From: Lama glama
Taxonomy: Eukaryota
Direction: 5' to 3'
Assembly: GCA_028534125.1 (NCBI GenBank)
Contig: CM052818.1
Location: 31,188,001 to 31,252,000, forward strand
DNA: 64,000 nt
Position 1 is the stretch's first letter; every line of letters begins with the position of its first letter. Under the pieces are notes generated by a model, which worked only from the letters and a program-made list of their open reading frames with translations, searched no databases and was not told the origin of the DNA. The translations under genes were made by a program, and so were the position numbers. Below are positions 1 through 11,494 of the stretch, piece after piece.

Positions 1-669
1 GCAGAAGCAGGGAAGTGAGTGAACACAGGGCTTGCTGAAGAGTAAGTGATGTTGCCCATAAACCAGGAAGGTGGTACCTGGCACGCATGACAATTGTCTG
101 AAATGTGGCCAGAACATGGGCTCCATCAGGGAGACAGTGGAAGATGGGCTTGAATGCAAGAGTCTGATGGTGGAGGGTCTCCACTGCTAAGTTGGCAGTC
201 AGGACTGGGATCAGCAGGCATACATCCTGCTGGGCGCCTGGTTCCTTCTTGGACCCAAGGCAAACATCACTATAATCATGTAGGTCTTTACAGCTGAGCA
301 CAGACGAGGCCTTCTCAGTCCAGCATGCCAGTCACTGTGCTACCAGAGTTGGAACATAAGACAAAGCTTATTTACCATCCTGGCAATGGGGGTTACTATA
401 CATGTAATCTGGTTGTGAAAGGAGCCATTTACTAAATGGTTTGAAGACCAGGTAATGTCCACCCCAAAGACTGGATGCCAGGTCATGATGCTCATTGGTC
501 TGCTGCCTGCCATGGCCACCCACTTCACATCCTCCTGTGCTCTGGGCTCTCCACTCGTGTTCTTGGCCTAAATGTCAAATGCCACGGGGGTGCCCGCCAT
601 AGGTAAGCATAAGCCTCCTTGGAATAGTGAGCTGGTCATCCTTGTCACACTGTCCCCCTCATTTTCCAG

Positions 670-706
670 GGACCTGGGCAACAATCTCAACCTCAGACCA
701 CTGAAG
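670..706 (+). CDS. CAPN13: Calpain-13 coding exon, (R)DLGNNLNLRPLK; upstream exons lie outside the window
   Basis: ttttccag acceptor and AAG|gtaggt donor, 37 nt. Resembles recalled human RHLSSHFNLRMK and joins the next exon in phase 0. Confidence 0.8.
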
Positions 707-1043
707 GTAGGTGTGCAGTAAGCTTTGTTCGAGCTTCAGTAGTCACATCCCATCCCCAAGAGCTTCTGTCTCCTTCCTTCTTGCCTCACCACTGACCAAT
801 GAAAACAGAGACACTATAATGGGCGGGTGATGGCTCAAAAGGACACGGATGAGGGGAGAAGACCAGGCCTCGAAGGCCAGGCTGGACCCATCCATCTTCC
901 GTCTACAAACTCCATCCTCGCATTCCCCAAACAGGTTTTATCCGATTGTTGGCCATGAAGCCTCTGTCTCAGATCCAGGTGGGAGGTTCTTATGCCCTCA
1001 CTGTACCAGAAATCTAACGTTGTCTATTCTCCTTTAGATCCAG

Positions 1044-1100
1044 GCAACTCTTCCAGAAGATAGCTCCCAACAAAGCATTTTCTACAAATACTCTCAGCAG
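1044..1100 (+). CDS. CAPN13: Calpain-13 coding exon, ATLPEDSSQQSIFYKYSQQ
   Basis: cag acceptor at 1041-1043 and CAG|gtacag donor, 57 nt. Matches recalled human GSPSEHGSQQSIFNRYAQQ in length and motif. An in-frame alternative acceptor would start the exon at 1038. Confidence 0.88.
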
Positions 1101-4091
1101 GTACAGTATTAAACCTGGGGCGAGGGGCCTTAGAGAGGACGGGTGATGGAGGGAACAGAAGGAAGAAAATCCTTCTGGGCCCTTATCAGGATACAGAGAG
1201 GAAAAGTGGCCTGATGGGTGGTTTTATCAACCTCTGTCCCTGGATGTCTCCAGAACTGATCTGGAGGGAAAGGGTGCCCCACCTGGGTGACACCTGGGTT
1301 GGAGTGAAGAGCTTGGAAAGGGAGGGGCTAATTATGGGGCTGGTCTTTTTAAATCTATAAACAAGCAATTGGCAGTACCCCTCAAAGTCTTTCCTTCTCC
1401 CGCTTTGCCACCTCCCACCAACCTTGGCATCCTTCCTCCCAGGAGCTGGCAAGCTTCAGAAAGCACCAACAGCGTTCTTCCTGCCAAGCCACCTATGTGC
1501 ACAGGGGATTTTCTTAATGGTTTAATAAACCGTTATAAAGAACTCCTTGACTTGTCAGGATAAAAACAGCTGCCAAGGACTCTGTGCAATTGGCCTTTGA
1601 CCATCATGTTGGTGTGGGAAGTGGAAAGTGATATGGATGATCGTATGTACCGTGCCGGCCTCAGGCCAGGTGGGGGCCAAAGACAGGAAGAGTGCAGGCC
1701 TTCAGAGGGCTAATGGGGTAGTGGTCACCAGGAGGCAGGTCAAAGGGAAATGATTCAGGCAGCCTGGGCCCAGAGACAAAAACAAGGAGCAGTGAAGAAT
1801 GTGGCTGGCGGGAGGATAAATGTTGTAGGCGGCAGCTCAGTGTGAACCTCCTCGAAATCAACACGGGCCCAGGGTTCAGGCCCACGTCTGGGCTGACTGG
1901 AAAGGCACTTCACTTGATGCAAAACAGAATCTGCCAAGGTGACTGAACGCAGTCTGTGAGCTCCTGAAGGTCAAGATGACGTTGTCCCCAGTACCAATCA
2001 CTGCTTGGCATAGAGAAGGTACTCAGTCAATTTGCAATGAATTAAGATGCCCAAGCTAAGATTACTGCCCCGAGGGGATCAGCAGGACCAGATTAGGGTC
2101 CCTGAGACCAAGCTTTCTTCAGGGGCGGGTGGCAAAATCTTTAACATGGTCCTTGCACCTGTACATCTGAAATAAAAAACATAATTTGTCATATGATAAA
2201 TGGTACAGATTCCCTAATCAGGACTTTTCCCAAACAACAACCAAATGTCATAGAGGAAAATTGATAGCCCCTATGCGGCCTTTGCAGGAATTAGAATAAG
2301 ACAGATGCAGCTTTGTGCCAAGGTGCACAGCTGGGCAGGGGAACAAAGACTGGACTCCAGCTTCCTTTCACCCCTCGGTGGGCACCTTGAACAGGGCCAA
2401 CCTGGCATCATTCTGCACAACCTGTGAACTGTCCTCAGAGTTTGTTGTCCTCCAAAGAAAGTTGAAAGCAAAGTACTTGTCCATGCACTGACTCTGTCCT
2501 CTCCCCCGATTTCTTGTATCCATTTAACTGGTCCTGGAACAAACGCAATGACCTGCTAGTTCTGTTGCCCTAGCACAGGTTACTTTCATTGGCTGTAACA
2601 GTAATGATGACACTATAATTCAGGGTCTGTCTGTGGGAAAGGAAGGACACACTCGGCCTCTGGGACAGGCCACATCCATCGTCCATTACTTACCCAGTCA
2701 GCAAATGTGTAGCAAATATGCTAGGACATTCGAAGACTCTGCTCACCTTCGGGACTGCAGAGCATCAGTCCTTGGGGATCTTCCATTGAAGTGGTAGAGG
2801 CCAACGTGCAGTTCCCTGGGAGTTTGTTCAGGCAGCCTTCATCTCCATTCCTAGCCCCATCTCTTCCAACATCCTGGTGGTTACTGGGTGCAGGATCCAG
2901 GTCAGGGCCTGTCCTAGGAGGGGGGACAAAGTCCATCCCCCAAAGCTGCTTATGTTCTGGTTGTGATTCCACATAAGTTGGCATTTCTCACCAACATGTT
3001 AACTGCTCTTCAAAGTGGGGTGCCATAATTCTTGGGGGAAAAATCTTAGTTGATGGCAAGCACACAACACTGACTCCCTGACATAACCAACCAGTGAGAT
3101 GTTAGAGGGATGACCTAAGGGCTGATTTCAGACACTTCCAGGATGTTTTCCGCCAGGGACATCGTCGGTGGTCATTTTTCCAGCTAAATGACTCCCATAA
3201 GGACAAGCTGTAGGGCTGCTTTTGCTTTCCATTCTGCGTGGTGAGGCCAACCCTGGGGACTACTTGTCTGTCATCTGTGGGGTGCTGATTCTCAGAAGAC
3301 CCCAAGGAACCACCTCCTTCCACCTGACCTGGTGTCACTCTGCAAAGCCCCCTGCTGGGAGACCTTGCTCCAGCTCCTCCCATGGAAAAGCTTTCCCAGG
3401 ATGATGATGTCCCATCACACCCTCTGCCTTTACCAGGCGGTTGTAAGAAATGACTGCACGTAGAACAGCTCTGCTTCTGATGCCCATCGAGCTGCTCGGT
3501 GTTCCCCACAGAAGAGTTGACGCCTGCGGAAGTTCAGGCCAGGAGAAGGTTCTCTCCCCTCAACCTCAGTTGTTCCTGTTCTTTATCCAAGGAAAACCAT
3601 GATGTCTCCCTTTCTGCTTCAGTGGCTGGGAAGACTCATGCTAAGTAACATGCTCAGTTAGAGCAGCTTCTCTCAGCCTGGATTCCTGGCATTTTTATCC
3701 ACCCCCCCCACACACACACGCTTAGTAGTCATGTTTTCTCTCAGTCCCTTTCTGGAAGCAGATGGGAAAACACACCTGCAGGGCTGAATTGATTCATTCA
3801 ATAATATTTCTCCGGAGGGGCTCCTAAGTGTCAGGTGTGGTGGGGAGGAAGCAAACACTGCTTTCAGCCAATAATGAATGAAGAGGGACATGCAAGGTGA
3901 CCCACACTGGGTATCAGATGTCAGGAGTAAGCACTACAGATGTTTGGAGGGACTTATCACCGTGGCCTGGGGCAATCAGGAGACTCTGGGACAAAGGTGA
4001 GCTAAGTGCTTAGAAATCCCAGTGCTTTTAGTGTGCCCTTCAGCTCCCCAGCCCTGATGTGATTCCTGCATCCCTTCCTTGCTTGGATCAG

Positions 4092-4149
4092 GGACCGGAC
4101 ATTGATGCTACCCAGCTGCAGAGCCTTCTCAACCAGGAATTCCTGAAAG
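4092..4149 (+). CDS. CAPN13: Calpain-13 coding exon, [19 protein letters not shown](G), first EF-hand region
   Basis: atcag acceptor and AAG|gtaagg donor, 58 nt. [14 protein letters not shown] matches CAPN13. Confidence 0.95.
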
Positions 4150-4245
4150 GTAAGGACCCGCTGGCCCCAACCCCATCCTTGCAGCCATGCCAGTCCAGTG
4201 CCCCGCTCCGTGACATTTTAGTCCTTCCTTTTCTCCCCTCTTCAG

Positions 4246-4304
4246 GACCTCCAGGGGACACATTCTCTCTGGACCAGTGCCAGAGCATCGTGGCTCTGAT
4301 GGAT
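4246..4304 (+). CDS. CAPN13: Calpain-13 coding exon, (G)[19 protein letters not shown]
   Basis: Polypyrimidine tract plus ttcag acceptor, U12-type donor gtatccttt, 59 nt. Calpain FSLDxCxSxVALMD motif. Confidence 0.95.
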
Positions 4305-4514
4305 GTATCCTTTGCCATCATCCCCTGCCCCTCCCCTGGCTCTAAGATCCCATCTCTCTGTTGGCTTCCCCGGGGGGTTAATTATGACATTAGGGAACCC
4401 TTTTCTCACTCTCAGTATTTTCTCTTCTTCCTTGGTTCTAAGGGCTCACCAAAGAGCCTGGGTTTCTGGGGATTCTGTACCAACTCATTAACTCTCCAGA
4501 ACCACCACAGCCAC

Positions 4515-4745
4515 AGTAACAATATACCATCTATCAAGCATCTACTGCGTGCCAACAGTGGTACCGGTATATTTTTCCCTTGTAATTCTTGCAGTAACCT
4601 CTGTGATATAAGAAGTATTATCCTATGTTGCAATAGAAGAAACAGGGGCTCAGAGAAGTTTAGTCATTCACCTCAATCACACAGCTAGTCAGAATTTGTG
4701 CCTGGATTTGGAGTTTTCAGCCTCCAAAGTCTGTTCACACATTCT
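4515..4745 (-). mobile_element. MIR SINE
   Basis: Reverse MIR core gaaacaggggctcagagaagtttagtcattcacctcaatcacacagctag. Confidence 0.75.
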
Positions 4746-4924
4746 CCTTCACTGCCTCCTTGCAACACCAGTGGTAACTGTTTTCCTTCCACCTCGCTCC
4801 TTACTACTGGAGGAGTCCTCACTATTTAAATTCCGTGCTCAACAAGCCCCCAGTTGAATAAAGAGAACCACCACCAACCCTTATAGAAAACTCCTCAGTC
4901 TGCACGGCAGCTGCACCCCGTCGT

Positions 4925-5055
4925 TACCGTCCGGCTGCATTTGCAGATGAGGCTGGGGTGGGGTGGGGTGGGGTGGTGCTGTGACTGCCTAAGTTTCATG
5001 GCCACAAGTGGCAGGCCTGGGAGTCAAACCCAGGTCTCCCGATTCCTGTCCTGAC
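4925..5055 (-). mobile_element. MIR fragment containing a (GGGGT)4 run at 4955-4974
   Basis: catttgcagatgagg...gtgactgcctaagtttcatggccacaagtggcaggcctgggagtcaaacccaggtct. Confidence 0.6.
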
Positions 5056-5963
5056 TTCCACTCTCTGGTGAGCCACGTCTCCCCCTGCCGCGCCGTGTCC
5101 CTGATGGCTCCTCGTGGACATCACCCTCACCTGCTGCCTTGCAGTTCTTCCCTGGGGTGTGTGCTGTCTCCCTACAGTGAGGCAGATCCCCGGCTTTTTC
5201 ACTCTTAACAAGGCTCGACTGGGGATGTGAAGCTGGCCATGGTCGAACAAGAGGCCTTCTTGATTAAATAGTAAATCAGGCCCTGTCTCTGCTGGCTCTG
5301 GTTTGGAATCACTCAGGGACACTGCCCATCCCCGCAGATGAACCCAAATGGCCCTCAACAGCCCCACAGCAGGGGGCAGGTAACCCGAGGGGAGGCCATG
5401 TCTGCTAGACCCCTGTAAAGCAGACAGTTCTTTTCTACCCTTCCTCCTGCTCACCCTCCAGCTCCCCTGCAGGTCCTCAGAGATCCATCTTTTCATTAGT
5501 TCTCATCAAATGCAGCGTATGGAGTGATTAGAGCTGGCTTTAATACACAGAGCGTGGTCCAGCCGCTGGTGCACACCTAGTGCACACTTACCTCTCATGA
5601 GGCCTCAGGAGTTGCAGTGATACCCACCCCCATCCCCCTGGCTCCTCCCCACTGTCTCCCTGGCAGCAGGGAGTGGGGCCCTTCTGACGAAGGCTGTGTT
5701 TTGGGTTCTCTCTCTTCCCCTGGATGCACGTGGTGTTGGCTCGCCTTTCTCAGGGCTTCCTTCTCCATCCAGTTGCCCATTCTCCCCTGTGAAATGAATC
5801 AATGCCAGGTCCCTTTCAGACGCAGCAGGAACCAGCTGGCATGGGGCCACATCCAGGTGGCGCTGGACCAACCTCCGCGATAGCTGATGGATGGAGCTGC
5901 TCCCTGCCCTCCACCCCTCTGCTCACTGCACACAGATCTGGTTAACTCTTAACTGTCCACCAG

Positions 5964-6032
5964 CTGAAGGTGAACGGGCGCCTTGACCAAGAGGAGTTTT
6001 CAAGGCTGTGGATCCGCCTGGTCCACTGCCAG
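5964..6032 (+). CDS. CAPN13: Calpain-13 coding exon, [23 protein letters not shown]
   Basis: caccag acceptor and CAG|gtaccg donor, 69 nt. [13 protein letters not shown] motif. Confidence 0.95.
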
Positions 6033-6809
6033 GTACCGGCATATTCTCTTCGGGCTAGCCTCCTATTCCATCTGTTTTAGCATATATTTACTGGGTGTCT
6101 GATCCTGCACCAGGGTTGGGGGGGATGAAAGACAAGGGAGCTCATCCCCGCCCTCAAGGAGAGCCCCATTTTTGCTTGGGGAGACGTACAAGCACCACTA
6201 GGTGGCACAAGGAAATACCTGGTCAAGTGGCCAGCTGGGGACTGCTCTAGGAGGCTGAAGAACTGGGTCCCCGTGGACTGCAGCTAAAACCGCTGGCTAG
6301 CGCTGCCCTCCTCATCCTTCCCCCAGCCACTGCAGCATCACCCGGGCCACGAGCCCTCTTCATTCCCTTCCCCTCCATCAGCCAGAAGACACATCAGAAT
6401 CCCAGGGGTGGTCTGTGGCTTCAGCATGTCCTCACCATTGTTCTCAGGACAAAGTCAAAACTCATCAGAGATGCATGAGTTGGGACCCTACTTTGGGGAC
6501 TAAGAGAAGCCGCTTCACTCATCCCACTCACTCCTTCAGGCCCCACCCATGAGACTCCTCGCCCTCCACTCCCTGCACCCTGAGCCTGGCTGGTACCCAC
6601 CCAGCCCGAGAGTCTATCCCCCAAAGCTCCTTCCCTGTGGGGCCTTCCTTAGAGCCTTGCCCACCCCCACCCCAGACCCAATTAATTCCCCCTTGGCCCC
6701 TAACACTTGAGCCCACAACAATAAAATAAAAATATGTTATTTTATATATGATTTATATCACCTGATCCCCGACTGGGGTCATCTGGCTTCTCACCAGGCT
6801 GATGTGCCT

Positions 6810-6940
6810 CTCCCATTAGATCACCGTGCCCTCCAGAGCAGGGATTTCCTCATATGCATCCTTCTCCCCAGTGCCTTCCACAGGGTATAGCACACACCAG
6901 GCACTCAAAAATGACCGAACGAATGCATTACTGAATGAGT
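6810..6940 (+). mobile_element. L2 LINE 3' end
   Basis: tccccagtgccttccacagggtatagcacacaccaggcactcaaaaatgaccgaacgaatg resembles the L2 tail. Confidence 0.6.
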
Positions 6941-7349
6941 CAGTACCTAGTTGAGAAAACGCTCACCCAAAGCCAAAAGAGGCCAGGGAACGTTCTCAGC
7001 TATTTCACAGTAATTGTCTCCCGCAGGAGACCTCAGCTGCACGCCTGCTCAGGGGTATTTTGCTTTGAAACAGCTCCGGCAGGGAGGCTGAGCGTAGACC
7101 ACAATTCGGAGTCCCGCATTGAGTCCTGTGGTGCTTGTCTGCTTAATCAAAGGCAAGTTACTCACCTGCCTGAGCATCTGTGTCCTTACCTGGGAAGCAT
7201 AAGGATGCCAGGGGTAAGGGTAGAATTAGGGAGAGGCAGAAAGTCCCAGGCAAACGTAGAGCCGCCCTGGACCCAGCTGAGGTGTTGGAGTGACTTCATC
7301 CTGGGGCTGTCCCTGGTCTGGGATGTGGTTCTCGCCTGCCTTCAGCGTT

Positions 7350-7565
7350 GCTACTCAGAGCGCTCCTAAGCACTTTATAAAGATGTGCTCACTTACTTCT
7401 TGCAACAAGCCTCTGAGGTAGGTACTGAAACTAGCCCTGTGCTACAGGTTGGGAAACTGAGGCCCAGAAAGATCAGGTAACTTGCCCAAGGGTACACAGC
7501 TGCCAAGTAGTTGAGCCGGGGTTCACACCCAGCGATTTGGTTGTGAAGCCTGTGCTCTTAACCCC
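7350..7565 (-). mobile_element. MIR SINE
   Basis: gggaaactgaggcccagaaagatcaggtaacttgcccaagggtacacagct core. Confidence 0.8.
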
Positions 7566-7931
7566 CACCCTAGGTGAACTCTTTAGAGAGCTCTCCACCT
7601 CCCTGGAAAGTGGCAAGCTCCCTGTTGGGCAGGAGCCCAGTCTGAGGGGTGAGGAAGAGGAAGGAGGGCAGGTCGGGAGCAGGAGAAGTGCGGGCCTGGG
7701 AGAGGGACGGCAGCCACACACCGCCCCCTCGCCCCCACAGCCAGGTGGTTGGCTTTATCAGGCAGAGCCCTTCCCCTGTCCTCAGCTGCTCACCGTGCCA
7801 GCCTCTGAGCTGGGCCTTCCCTACTGTTCTAGTGAATGGAAAAGGAATTTCGCAGGACCTCCCCCTACCAGACATCCTCTTCCAGGTGGCTTGGGACTCA
7901 CACAGGCTTCCTACTTGTTTTTCCGTATCAG

Positions 7932-8007
7932 AGTGTTTTCCAGAACACCCAGAAGAACTCCAGAGTTTTCCTGAGCTCGGATTTGTGGAAGGCCATAAAT
8001 GACACAG
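7932..8007 (+). CDS. CAPN13: Calpain-13 coding exon, SVFQNTQKNSRVFLSSDLWKAINDT(D)
   Basis: tatcag acceptor and CAG|gtaaag donor, 76 nt. LSSDLWKAI motif. Confidence 0.94.
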
Positions 8008-8789
8008 GTAAAGCAGAGGGCCCTTTGCAGTGAAGACTGGGGGCGGCAGCGGGGGGTGTGCAATGCCCACGCCCCTAGCATGCTGTAGGCAAGGCTGGGA
8101 GAGGGGCAGCTGTGTCCTCCCCTGGTTCACCCTGGCCTCTGTGGGCCTCCTGGCTCCGAACTCAGACTTCACCCTCCCCCGCCTGAGTTCTCCGATGCGG
8201 GTCAATTCTGCCGATTGCCTTTTCTCCCCAGCACAGCTCTAATTGTGCAAAAGTAACCCCTCACGGTTGATACCCTACCAGAAATCAAGCTCGCTTTGAA
8301 GACGCTTTCATCTCAGCGTCCGGGCCATCAGGGTTAAATACCCATGGGTGGGTTTGATATACTCTCTTCACCGAGGGTCTGGGCCTAAGTGAAATCGAAC
8401 GGCATCTGTCGGCTTCAAGGAGGCAGTGCTTCAGTCCTGGGCTGACGATAATAACACTGGAGGGCGCGGAAGTTCAGCAGGAACTTGCACTCCCGTCACC
8501 TCGTTGGATTGTCTCAGCAGCTCTGGGACTGGGAAGGGCAGGAATCATTATCCCCACTGTACCAGTGGGGGAAATGGATCACAGAAAGGTTAATTCAGGA
8601 AATTGCCACCTTCCTGAATAAAATGGAAAATTTCGATGCTGGCGGGTTACCGCTGAAAGGGCAGCCTCCAGGGCTCCCAGGACTCCCAGTCTGCACAACG
8701 AATCAGAACCTGAGCTGCTGCTCCCCCGGCTTCAGCCTCGCTCCTTCCTTAATTCTTCATAGCAGATGGCTGAGGTCAGAACCCCCTGT

Positions 8790-8942
8790 AGGCTTGTCAA
8801 AGTGGGGATTGGTGAGCTGCCTCACCCAACCGGAGTACCTGATTCAGGAGGGCTGGGGTGGGGCTTAAGAATTTGCCTTTCTGACAAGTTTCCAAGTAAG
8901 CCCAGAGCTCCTGGTCTGGGGATCATACTTTGAGAGCCACTG
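8790..8942. mobile_element. MER5-like hAT-Charlie DNA transposon fragment
   Basis: ctgattcaggagggctggggtggggcttaagaatttgcctttctgacaag...catactttgagagccactg. Confidence 0.7.
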
Positions 8943-9885
8943 AATAGCCAGCAAAAGATGAAATCTTTAAAGGAGGCTTCACTAATGACTCCAGAATAAT
9001 AGCAGCGAGAAAGAGAACAGTTGGAATTCAACAGAAAAGCTGGGCGGGGCAAGGTGGGTGACTGAAAGGGGCAATGGAGCTCCTGTTAAAAAAAAAAAAA
9101 GGGGGAAGGGGTGTGATTTGAGAATATGGCAAGCCCAAGAGGTAGGCCCTATCTAAAGGAATGCAAATTTCCATTTAAACTCTGCAGGAGAACCTAAACA
9201 GGTCTCTGGCTGTGTGGGGCCCTCAGGCCACCAGGCTTGTCCCCTCCATTAGGGGTTTGGTTTGCAAGGTTCTGCTAGCTCACCAGGGCGCGCAGGCCCT
9301 TATTCTGTCTGCCACTGTCAGCTCTGGGGTTGGTGCCTCCCTGAAACTCATAACTAGACATATAAGACAACAAGACCCAAAGAGGGCAAGGCACCTCTGC
9401 CTGCCTGCCTCTGGCCACCACCTGAGGTCTCTGCTCCCTGGACCGGTGACTTAGGACTGAATCCCTCCTCCAGGAGTCACACTTACCAAGCCCAGCAGCC
9501 GCTGTGCACGAGACCCACATGCAGTCTCGGCGTGGGGGAGGAAGCCTCCCTTAGACAAAGTCATCGGCAGAGAGAGGCCTGACAGGCAGGGCCGGAAGCA
9601 AACTTTGAGGTGTCTCGGTAGCTCCCATCCCACGTGAGAATTATCAGATGATTATGAAGGGTCTTGAGTGTCTTGAGTTGGCCTCTGACAAAACTCCAGA
9701 ACAGTGTTGTGGGGGCCCAGCAGCCAACAAGCAAGAGGCAACCGGAGAATCATAAATACACGGCAGAGGAGTGGACCAGCCACCGAGTGGGCCGAGGAGG
9801 GAGGGCTGAGGTGGTGGAAGGCCACGAGGTCCCTGCATCCCGCTCCTGGCCTCCCGCGCGCTCACTGGCTCTCCCTGTGGCCCAG

Positions 9886-10014
9886 ACTTCCTGGCAGGCG
9901 TCTCTGTCAGCAACGAGCTGCTGGGTCTAATGAGCCTCCGGTACAGCGACAGCTCCGGCAGGGTCAGCTTCCCCAGCCTGGTCTGCCTCCTGATGCGCCT
10001 TGAAGCCATGACAA
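9886..10014 (+). CDS. CAPN13: Calpain-13 coding exon, (D)[42 protein letters not shown](K)
   Basis: cccag acceptor and CAA|gtaagt donor, 129 nt. [25 protein letters not shown] matches CAPN13. Confidence 0.96.
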
Positions 10015-10846
10015 GTAAGTGTCACCTGGGGGCAACTTCCCTGTGACCAGAGAACACAGGAGGGGCCCAGGGATACACTCAGCCCCAGGCCTGGACAAGT
10101 CCTTCGTAGTGGGGAGGGCTGGAGTCCTGCTAGGAGCCCTTGCCCAGGGGACAGAGCCAGCGTTGGCCTATGTGAGGGTGTAGTTGGCTTGTGTCCCCAA
10201 CCACTCTCTGTACCCTTCTCGCTCCAGGACATCCCCCCATCCCAGGCCTTTGATCACCTTACTCAGCACCTTTTTCAGGAACTAATCACCGTGTCCCCTC
10301 TCCAGATTGGGTTATGGTTTAAACCTCCTCTTCAGTCATGCAAGGAATGATTTGGTCTGTGCTGAAGGATTGCACACACAAGCGAGCTGGTCAGGGCAGG
10401 AGGTTCCCCCACTGTCCACGCCATGTGACATCACTCAAAAAACCCCCTAGCTCGGAGCAAGGCAATTAATCAGATGGGAAGACCTGAGCCCTGGGAGGGT
10501 AAAAGAAAAGCCAGAGACATAACCTTTGCTCCAGAGAATTCTCAGTTGGACAAGGGAGGTGCCCCTGAAATACTTCCTAAGACAAGCCCTGACATCCCCA
10601 CGGCCAAGTGTAGGGGGTACAAAGTGCAAGGAAACTGGAAAGGGGAGGGTCGTGTGGGACCGAGCCATCAGAGAGAGCTGTTTCAAGAGGTGAGCCCTGA
10701 GCTGTCCCTCAGCTGTAGAGTTTGGCTGGAAAGAGAAGAGGAGGGGAGACGGAGCTCCCCTGGGGCTTTTCACAGAATCACCACATTGCCTTGAATGTCA
10801 CGTGCCCCCAGGCCTGTCCTGATTCCTCTCTTCCTCTTTACCCCAG

Positions 10847-10902
10847 AGGCTTTCCATAACCTCTCCAAGGATGGAAGAGGAGTCTACCTGACAAAAATGG
10901 AG
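10847..10902 (+). CDS. CAPN13: Calpain-13 coding exon, (K)AFHNLSKDGRGVYLTKME
   Basis: Polypyrimidine tract plus ccccag acceptor and GAG|gtgagg donor, 56 nt. NLSKDGxGxYLT motif. Confidence 0.95.
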
Positions 10903-11467
10903 GTGAGGTACCTCCCCCTTCCAGAGACAGGGCACAACCCCAGCCCACCCCTCTCACCTGATTCTAGGGGGCATTGCTCTCCCGGAGGCTACTCAGCAGT
11001 CTGTCAAAGGCCAGCCAAGCTGCCGGCCCCTCCTGCCTCCAATTACTGCCTTTATATATTGCTGGCTGCCAAGGCTGCTTTAGGATCTTGGCAGACAGAT
11101 TTTATTTTTTTCCAATAGCTTAATAAAGCAGAGGATTATGTGGGAGTCATAAATCCAAGAGGGAACTAAGGAACACCTACTGAGCTCACTGTACATTAAA
11201 CTTACTCCCAGTGAGTGTTTGAAAGAGCGTCCTGGCCCAGCCAGCTGGTCGACCTCAGCTGTCCCTCTCAGCACCTGCACTACTGAGGGATTAGCAGAAG
11301 CTGCACTGCAACGGAGGGCTGAGGCCTCCTGCTTGGGTTGGAATTAGCTGGAAAGGGTTGATGAGATTAGACTGAGGTCTTTCAAATAAAGAGGGTACCA
11401 TTTACCCTCCTCTGTATTAAGCTAACAAGTTTAAAGACTGGTTGTAACAATGATGCTCATTTCTCAG

Positions 11468-11494
11468 TGGATGAACCTGGTGATGTACAACTGA
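11468..11494 (+). CDS. CAPN13: Calpain-13 last coding segment, WMNLVMYN-stop; the exon continues as 3' UTR to the donor at 11525
   Basis: ttctcag acceptor, TGA at 11492-11494, CAG|gtaaga at 11525/11526. The C-terminus matches recalled human CAPN13 WMSLVMYN rather than CAPN14. Confidence 0.95.
   Translation, partial: WMNLVMYN

Larger units (their letters stand above)
4305..5963 (+). other. CAPN13: U12-type (minor spliceosome) GT-AG intron
   Basis: Donor GTATCCTTT at 4305-4313, branch-site-like CTCTTAAC at 5946-5953 about 10 nt before the CAG acceptor, no long polypyrimidine tract. Flanking exons join in frame. Confidence 0.9.

Noticed and set aside
1..600. Possible ancient LINE or ERV-derived coding remnant
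   Set aside because: No ordered protein motifs could be identified by eye; needs a Dfam search.
4059..4688. 209-aa ORF as a stand-alone gene
   Set aside because: It starts at GTG within an intron and consists of two CAPN13 exons plus intron read-through.
670..11494. Assignment as CAPN14 with GALNT14 downstream
   Set aside because: The C-terminus WMNLVMYN and exon peptides match recalled CAPN13, and I found no GALNT14 first exon in the window.
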